This document shows, one piece after another, positions 57,952 through 64,000 of a stretch of 64,000 bases of DNA (position 1 is its first letter; the number at the start of each line of letters is the position of its first letter). This DNA is from an uncultured delta proteobacterium (GTDB lineage Bacteria > Desulfobacterota > Binatia > UBA9968), in contig CAWFJP010000031.1 in assembly GCA_963816145.1 (NCBI GenBank), forward strand, positions 480,001 to 544,000, read 5' to 3'. Under the pieces are notes generated by a model that ran no database searches, had not been told where the DNA came from, and saw nothing but the letters and a program-made list of their open reading frames with translations. A program made the position numbers and the translations under genes.

Positions 57952-58302
57952 ATGGGTAGTAAATTATATGTGGGCGGTTTGCCCTATTCGGTGACCGGCG
58001 ATCGGTTGCAAGAAATCTTCTCGGCACATGGCGAGGTCACCTCGGCCAATGTGATTTCCGATAAGTTCACCGGTCAATCGCGCGGTTTCGGCTTCGTCGA
58101 AATGAGCTCGGGAAGCGAAGCGCAAAAGGCGATCGAAAGCCTCAACGGCACTCAGCTCGATGGCCGCACCTTGACCGTCAATGAAGCCAAACCGATGGCC
58201 AAGCGTGAAGGCTTTGGCGGCGGGGGAGGCGGTGGCAATCGTGGCGGTGGCGGCGGTGGTCGCGGTGGCCGCGATGGCGGTGGCCGGGGTAACCGCTGGT
58301 AG
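57952..58302 (+). CDS. RRM RNA-binding protein with Gly-rich tail
   Basis: RNP2 LYVGGL, RNP1 RGFGFVEM; RBS AGGAGG. Confidence 0.95.
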   Translation: MGSKLYVGGLPYSVTGDRLQEIFSAHGEVTSANVISDKFTGQSRGFGFVEMSSGSEAQKAIESLNGTQLDGRTLTVNEAKPMAKREGFGGGGGGGNRGGGGGGRGGRDGGGRGNRW

Positions 58303-58325
58303 AGTTTCGCAAGGGAAATAACTGC

Positions 58326-58358
58326 AAAAAGGGCAACCGTTTCGGTTGCCCTTTTTTT
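58326..58358 (+). terminator. Intrinsic terminator
   Basis: AAAAAGGGCAACCG-TTT-CGGTTGCCC-T7. Confidence 0.9.
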
Positions 58359-58388
58359 ATGGTGAAAGAACCGGGTTAGTGAATATCG

Positions 58389-59567
58389 ATGGAACAGTTT
58401 TTTGCCACCTGCCCACGCGGTCTGGAGATGATCCTGGTCGACGAATTGCGCCAACTGGGCGCCGACAAAGTCCACGCGGTTGGCGGCGGCGTGCAGTTCG
58501 GCGGCGATCTTCTGGTCTGCTACCGGGTCAATCTCGAAAGCCGGATCGCCAGCCGGGTGCTCTGGCAGGTGGCGAAGGCAGGCTATCGCGGGGAGAACGA
58601 TATTTATCGGATCGCTTATGCCGTGCCCTGGACCGAATGGTTCGATGCGGCGCGAACCATTCGTGTCGATGTCTCGGCAACCAAGAGCCCGCTTACGAGT
58701 CTCAACTTTGTCACGCTCAAGATCAAAGACGCGGTGTGCGACAAAATCCGCCGGTTGTCGCAGCGCCGGCCGAGCGTCGACACGCGCGATCCGGATATTC
58801 CGATTCAAGGGCACTTAACCGAACGCGACTTTTCGCTCTATCTCGATACTTCGGGCGAGGCGTTGTTCAAGCGCGGCCAGCGCATCGTCACCGGCGAGGC
58901 GCCGCTCCGAGAAAATCTCGCCGCGGGGATTTTGCGCTTGGCCGGCTGGTCTCCGGGTATCCCGTTGCTCGATCCGATGTGCGGCAGCGGGACGATTCTT
59001 GTCGAAGCGGCTTGCATCGCGCTTGATGTTCTGCCGGGGTTGGGGCGCCATTTCGCTTTCGAGAAATTTTACAACTTCAATGCGCTGGGTTGGCGCGAGT
59101 TGATCCAGCGCCGCACGGCGCGGAGAAAGTCGCGGATAGCGCAGCCAATCTATGGGAGCGATATCGATGGCGCCGTATTGAAAGCGGCGCAGGCCAATCT
59201 GGCCGGGGCTGGTCTAGAAAATGTCGTTAGTTTGAAGCGCGCTAGCGTCTTGGAAATCACCGCGCCGGCCAAAGCAGGCATCATCGTCAGCAATCCGCCC
59301 TATGGCGTACGGTTGGGCGAACAGCAGGCGCTGGCGGAACTTTATCCCAAGCTCGGCGATGTGCTGAAGCAGCAGTTCACCGGCTGGAGCGCTTACTTTC
59401 TCAGCGCCGACATGCAATTGCCGAAGCTGATCCGGCTCGCGACCTCGAAACGCACGCCGCTTTTTAACGGCGCCCTCGACTGCCGGCTGTTCGAATACAA
59501 GATGGTCGAAGGCGGGATGCGAAAGAAAGACCCAGCGCAAACTCGAGGCGAACCACCGGTTATTTGA
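58389..59567 (+). CDS. rlmL: THUMP-domain rRNA m2G methyltransferase (RlmL-like)
   Basis: FFATCPRGLE, LDTSGE.LFKRG, APLRENLAA, DPMCGSGT, SNPPYG. Confidence 0.85.
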   Translation: MEQFFATCPRGLEMILVDELRQLGADKVHAVGGGVQFGGDLLVCYRVNLESRIASRVLWQVAKAGYRGENDIYRIAYAVPWTEWFDAARTIRVDVSATKSPLTSLNFVTLKIKDAVCDKIRRLSQRRPSVDTRDPDIPIQGHLTERDFSLYLDTSGEALFKRGQRIVTGEAPLRENLAAGILRLAGWSPGIPLLDPMCGSGTILVEAACIALDVLPGLGRHFAFEKFYNFNALGWRELIQRRTARRKSRIAQPIYGSDIDGAVLKAAQANLAGAGLENVVSLKRASVLEITAPAKAGIIVSNPPYGVRLGEQQALAELYPKLGDVLKQQFTGWSAYFLSADMQLPKLIRLATSKRTPLFNGALDCRLFEYKMVEGGMRKKDPAQTRGEPPVI

Positions 59568-59579
59568 ACGTCCTTACCG

Positions 59580-60875
59580 CTAAATTACCGTCCCGTCTGC
59601 AATGGTCGCGTTCTTGATGACGACAACGATGCCGTTGCGGATCACAAACCCGAGCTCTTCGCGGGTCGATTCCTGAATATTATCTTGGTTGACGATGCGC
59701 ACGTTGCGACCGATGCGGGCGTTTTTGTCGACAATCGCTCGTTGGATCGTCGTGTTAGCGCCGACGCCTAACGGGACCCTGCCGCAGTCGAGAGCTTGCT
59801 GCCGTTCGGCGGGCGACTCGTAAAAGTCCGATCCCATCAGCAAAGCGTTGTCGATGACGCAGCCGGTCTCAATCCGCGAGCGAATGCCGATAACCGAGCG
59901 CTTCACCGTGCATTCTTTCAGAATGCACCCTTCGCCGACCATCGACTCAATTACCCGCGAGTCGAGCAATTTGGTTGGCGGCAAATAGCGCGAGCGCGTA
60001 TAGATCGGTGCTTTTTCATCGTAAAAACTGAAGGAAGGAACCGGCTGTTCGGTCAGCGCCAGATTGGCCTGGTAGAACGATTCGATAGTGCCGATATCTT
60101 CCCAGTAATCCTTGAAGAGATACGCGAGAACTTTGTGATTGGCGGCCGCCGCTGGAATGATTTCTTTGCCGAAATCGGTGTGGCTCGGGTTCTGATCCAA
60201 TAGATCCAGTAGAACTTGCTTCTCAAAAACATAAATGCCCATGGAAGCGATAAAGGGCAGTCCCTTGGCCTTCTCCTTCGGCAGACCAAGCACTGTCGTG
60301 TCGACGGCCATCGCTTTCAAAGCGGCCCCTTTTGGTTTTTCGCTAAAAGCGCACACACGCCCATCGCCGTCGATCTTCATCAAGCCGAAGTCGGACGCAC
60401 GGCTTTCTTCGACTGGTACCACCGAAAGTGTGATGTCGGCCTTAGTGTCGCGGTGGCGCTGAATAAAATCTTCGTAATTCATCCGGTACAAGTGATCGCC
60501 GGACAAGATCAGGAATTGGTCGACATCCCATTCGGCGAATACCCAACGGTACTTGCGCACGGCGTCCGCTGTGCCTTCAAACCAGCTAGGGCTCTCGGGA
60601 GTTTGCTGGGCGGCCAAGACTTCGACGAAGCCTTGTGAGAAGCCGGTGCCGGCCATGGCATAGGTCCGCGCAATATGGCGGTTGAGCGAAGCTGAATTAA
60701 ACTGGGTGAGGACGTAAATCCGCTGGATTTCCGAGTTGATGCAGTTACTGATCGGTATATCGATCAAGCGATACTTAGCCCCGAGTGGAACCGCCGGCTT
60801 GGCGCGAAGTTTGGTTAGCGGGTAAAGCCGAGTGCCGGCACCGCCGCCCAAAATAATCGCTAAGACTCTTTTCAT
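59580..60875 (-). CDS. glgC: Glucose-1-phosphate adenylyltransferase (ADP-glucose pyrophosphorylase), cyanobacterial/plant type
   Basis: [55 protein letters not shown]. Confidence 0.96.
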   Translation of the reverse strand: MKRVLAIILGGGAGTRLYPLTKLRAKPAVPLGAKYRLIDIPISNCINSEIQRIYVLTQFNSASLNRHIARTYAMAGTGFSQGFVEVLAAQQTPESPSWFEGTADAVRKYRWVFAEWDVDQFLILSGDHLYRMNYEDFIQRHRDTKADITLSVVPVEESRASDFGLMKIDGDGRVCAFSEKPKGAALKAMAVDTTVLGLPKEKAKGLPFIASMGIYVFEKQVLLDLLDQNPSHTDFGKEIIPAAAANHKVLAYLFKDYWEDIGTIESFYQANLALTEQPVPSFSFYDEKAPIYTRSRYLPPTKLLDSRVIESMVGEGCILKECTVKRSVIGIRSRIETGCVIDNALLMGSDFYESPAERQQALDCGRVPLGVGANTTIQRAIVDKNARIGRNVRIVNQDNIQESTREELGFVIRNGIVVVIKNATIADGTVI

Positions 60876-61194
60876 AATCGGTCTGTCAGCGTTTGCGGTC
60901 CATCGGCGCTCTGGAGTTGTTGTGCGACACTCATCATTTCGTGCCGACATTACGCAGCCAGTCGTGGTGATGTCAAGCCGACCGGGAGATTACGCAAGCT
61001 TGGCTGTTTCCGCTGAACGATTCTTATCTTAACCGGGCTTCACTGTGCCATGCCCGCCCGAATTGCGGAACTGCAACGATCAGGTAACCGGACATCGCTA
61101 GAATTCTTCACGCCAGCGGGGATACCAAGGCGGCGTGTTGAATTAACTAACCCGTGGGCCGTGTTTGTCAGGCGTGAGGGCAGATCAAGCCATC

Positions 61195-61488
61195 CTACTT
61201 CTTAAGCTCGCGGCCGAGCAGCCGGAGGATTTCATTGAATTGACGCTGCATGGCGATCATTTGCTCGCGCATATTGAGCGCGACTTCGGCGCCTTCGAGA
61301 TTCACCCCCATCTCTTCAATGAGCAGGCGGGCGACGCGCACACGGTCGACTTGATCGAGGGGGTAAAATTTTTCGCTGCGCCGGACTATCGGGGAGATGA
61401 CCTGCTCCTGCTCCAAGCGCTTGACGAACTTCACGTCAACGCCGCAGATTTTTGTCACCTCGGTAATGCGCAGATATTTTCGCGGCAT
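61195..61488 (-). CDS. cbpM: Chaperone modulator CbpM / MerR-like HTH protein
   Basis: C-terminal part of track ORF 61195-62094: MPRKYLRITEV...LIEEMGVNLEGAEVALNMR; directly downstream of the J-protein gene. Confidence 0.75.
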   Translation of the reverse strand: MPRKYLRITEVTKICGVDVKFVKRLEQEQVISPIVRRSEKFYPLDQVDRVRVARLLIEEMGVNLEGAEVALNMREQMIAMQRQFNEILRLLGRELKK

Positions 61489-61502
61489 CTTCGCTTTCTC
61501 CG

Positions 61503-62624
61503 TCACAGCCTCAGATCTTTGCGTACGGCCTCGCCATAGGCTTGGTCGATCTGGTTGATGACTTCTTGGGCGACCTCTGTTTTCGGCACCCGCACCATCA
61601 GGTGTAGATATAAATCGCCGGGCGCGGTTTGCCCGTGGGCGGCGACACCCTTGCCTTTGATGCGCAGTTGTTGGCCGCTCTGGGCACCGGCCGGGATTTT
61701 CACGTTGATCGCGCCATTGATCGTCGGCACCTCGATGCTGGCGCCGCGCACCGCTTCGCCGACGGTAATCGGCAAGTCCATGGACAAATCTCGACCGGAG
61801 CGAGTGAGGATTGGATGAGACCGGATACGCGGAGTTATAAAGAGATCGCCGGCCGGCCCGCCGCGGATGCCCGCTTCGCCTTTTCCGCGCAAGCGAATGT
61901 GCTTTCCGGGATCGGCGCCAGGCGGAATATTGACGCGAATCGTTTCCGACCGCGTGACGCGGCCGCTGCCGCGGCAAACCGTGCATGGGTCGCCAGGTAG
62001 TTTTCCGCTTCCCAAGCAGCGCGGACAAGTTTGGCGAAACTGTAATGGCCCTTGGGCGACGGCGACGCTGCCGCTGCCGCCGCATTGGGGACAAGTGGTC
62101 GGCGCGGTTCCAGCTTTCGTCCCGGAGCCGTGACAGGTGTCGCAGGACACTGGCCGTTCGAGTGTGATGGCGGTTTGAAAGCCGCGCACGGCATCGAGGA
62201 AGTCAATCTCCATGCTCGACTCGATGTCACTGCCGCGCTGCGGCCCGGTTGACGCAGTCGGGCCGCGCCGGAACATGCCGCCGAGGCCGCCGAAAAGATC
62301 GCCCAAGTCGTCCGTGTCGAACGTTTGCGGGCCACCGGCGCGCGCCGACTGCTGGCGCCATTGCTCGTAACTGCGCGCTTTTTCGGCATCGAAACCGGCG
62401 GCGAGGCCGGCCTCGCCGAATTCGTCATAAAGCTTGCGCTTTTTTTCGTCGCTCAGGACGTCGTAGGCAACCGAAAGATCCTTGAATTTGCTTTCGGCCT
62501 CTTTGTTGCCGGGATTGATATCGGGGTGATATTTGCGCGCGAGTTTGCGATAAGCCTTGCGAACCTCGTCCTTCGATGCGCCCCGTTCGACACCGAGGAT
62601 TTTGTAGTAATCACGTTCCGCCAT
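61503..62624 (-). CDS. dnaJ: DnaJ-class chaperone with four CxxCxGxG repeats
   Basis: [44 protein letters not shown]-terminal domain. Confidence 0.9.
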   Translation of the reverse strand: MAERDYYKILGVERGASKDEVRKAYRKLARKYHPDINPGNKEAESKFKDLSVAYDVLSDEKKRKLYDEFGEAGLAAGFDAEKARSYEQWRQQSARAGGPQTFDTDDLGDLFGGLGGMFRRGPTASTGPQRGSDIESSMEIDFLDAVRGFQTAITLERPVSCDTCHGSGTKAGTAPTTCPQCGGSGSVAVAQGPLQFRQTCPRCLGSGKLPGDPCTVCRGSGRVTRSETIRVNIPPGADPGKHIRLRGKGEAGIRGGPAGDLFITPRIRSHPILTRSGRDLSMDLPITVGEAVRGASIEVPTINGAINVKIPAGAQSGQQLRIKGKGVAAHGQTAPGDLYLHLMVRVPKTEVAQEVINQIDQAYGEAVRKDLRL

Positions 62625-62930
62625 CGTAGCCTACAAGATAACCATCGAGCGGCGACTTGCAAGGGAATTGCCCGGAGTGAGCGGGAGACGACAGGGCTGC
62701 GCCGAGGTTCAATAGCTATAATCATGGAGTCAGAGGCCGGACCGATGAGTCAGCGAGCTTTTGCACAGCTCTTGCCGTGAACGATCGGTACGCTTCACAG
62801 CATTAACGGAACGTTTCGGACAAGAGCAGTTTGGCGCGGGCAAACTGCAGCAACTCACGCCATTTGGGTTTTTGCCTTTATCACTGCCGGTCCAGGCTCC
62901 CGAAGCTTGCGGTGTAAACCTGTATTCCTT

Positions 62931-64000
62931 TTACGAGCCCATCGCTTTGCGCAGCTGGACAAAGGACTGAAGCTGCGCCTGATTGACCGCGATTGCGTTG
63001 TCCTGGACTAGGAACAGGCTGCGCTGGGTGTCGAGTAAGTTGAGATAGTCGATGGCGCCGGCATCGAATTGCGCTTTAGCGATGTCATAGGCGTTTTGCG
63101 ATTCGATCACCGATGAGCGGGCGATTCCGGCACGGTCGTTGGCGCTCTTGAGCGCGGCCAGCGCATCTTCGACTTCTTGGAACGCGGTCAGCACGGTTTT
63201 CTGATAAGTCACGGCGAGTTCCTTCTGGCGCGCCGTAACGTTCTCGAGATTTCCGGTGAGCTGTCCACCGGTGAAGATCGGCGCGAGCAGGCTAGAGGCG
63301 ATCGACGATGCCGCGGCGGCCGGGTTGCCGAATCCCGCGGCGATCACAGTGCTGGCGCTCAAAGTTAATGATGGGAAGAAGGCCGCGCGGGCGGCGCCGA
63401 TATCGGCGTTGGCGGCGCGCAGGGCGGATTCGGCACTTTCGATGTCCGGCCGCGCGGTCAACAGCATTGCCGGCGGGGTCAGGTTGACCGCAGGCATCTT
63501 GAGCGAAGTCAACTGTGCGGTCGGGACGGAGTACTCTTGCGGCGCCAGGCCGAGCAGGATGGCCAACGCGTTGCCGGTTGTGCTGCGCTGTTCGATCAAC
63601 AACGCCAGCGCGGTGCGAAAAGTGTTGACCGCGACGCGCTGCTGCGCGACTTCGAGGCCCGAGACGCTGCCGGCGTTGTAGCGCGCTTCGACGATGCGGA
63701 GAATCTCCTCAGCGCTTTTCAAGTTATAATCAGCGATGCTTACGCGATCATTAAGGCTGAGAATCTGCGAGTAGAAATTGGTCGCATCCGACGTGACCAC
63801 TAGGCGCAGCGCTTCACGGTCGAACTGGCTGACGTCAATGTGGTAATCGGCGGATTTGGCTTGATTGCGGTTCTTGCCCCATAGATCGACTTCGTAACTG
63901 AGGTTGGCGCCGCCGGCAACGGCCGTCTTGTCCTGCGGGCTCTGAAGCGTGCGCGCCGCCGAGCCGCTGGCGCTAACCGTCGGATAAAGCGGTGATGCGG
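62931..64000 (-). CDS. Outer membrane efflux lipoprotein (OprM/NodT/TolC family), 5' end outside window
   Basis: SYEVDLWGK (upstream of the track start), RPDI..AE..L.AANA.IG.ARA.FFP, PIF.GG, YQKTVL.AFQEVEDAL. Confidence 0.92.
   Translation of the reverse strand, partial: ASPLYPTVSASGSAARTLQSPQDKTAVAGGANLSYEVDLWGKNRNQAKSADYHIDVSQFDREALRLVVTSDATNFYSQILSLNDRVSIADYNLKSAEEILRIVEARYNAGSVSGLEVAQQRVAVNTFRTALALLIEQRSTTGNALAILLGLAPQEYSVPTAQLTSLKMPAVNLTPPAMLLTARPDIESAESALRAANADIGAARAAFFPSLTLSASTVIAAGFGNPAAAASSIASSLLAPIFTGGQLTGNLENVTARQKELAVTYQKTVLTAFQEVEDALAALKSANDRAGIARSSVIESQNAYDIAKAQFDAGAIDYLNLLDTQRSLFLVQDNAIAVNQAQLQSFVQLRKAMGS

Noticed and set aside
61489-62094. N-terminal 200 aa of track ORF 61195-62094
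   Set aside because: It overlaps dnaJ in another frame; only the part from ATG 61488 looks like a protein

Overview
High-GC (Gram-negative) bacterial chromosome segment. The gene repertoire (many orphan solute-binding proteins, amidohydrolase-2 enzymes, class II aldolases, UbiD, CoA-transferase III, CMD/AhpD proteins, dense intergenic palindromes) resembles Candidatus Binatia/deltaproteobacteria-like genomes; this is inference only. About 50 CDS, mostly catabolic or transport, plus murJ, glgC, dnaJ-cbpM and an RlmL-like methylase. No rRNA, intact tRNA or CRISPR array was seen. Main points the ORF track misses: (1) two probable selenoproteins split at in-frame UGA codons, an AhpD-like CxxU protein (26623-27201) and an exported rhodanese (33051-33485), which share a stem-CA-GGC-TG-stem SECIS-like hairpin; (2) a solitary integron gene cassette with an attC site (44704-46634) carrying a fused ABC-ATPase/TOPRIM protein resembling single-gene PARIS or OLD-type anti-phage systems; (3) an ISL3-like MITE with an 8-bp target duplication, nested REP/MITE composites and IS200/IS605-end-like elements; (4) several enzymes with substituted catalytic residues; (5) a thiolase/DUF35 deletion chimera and three single-indel frameshifts.
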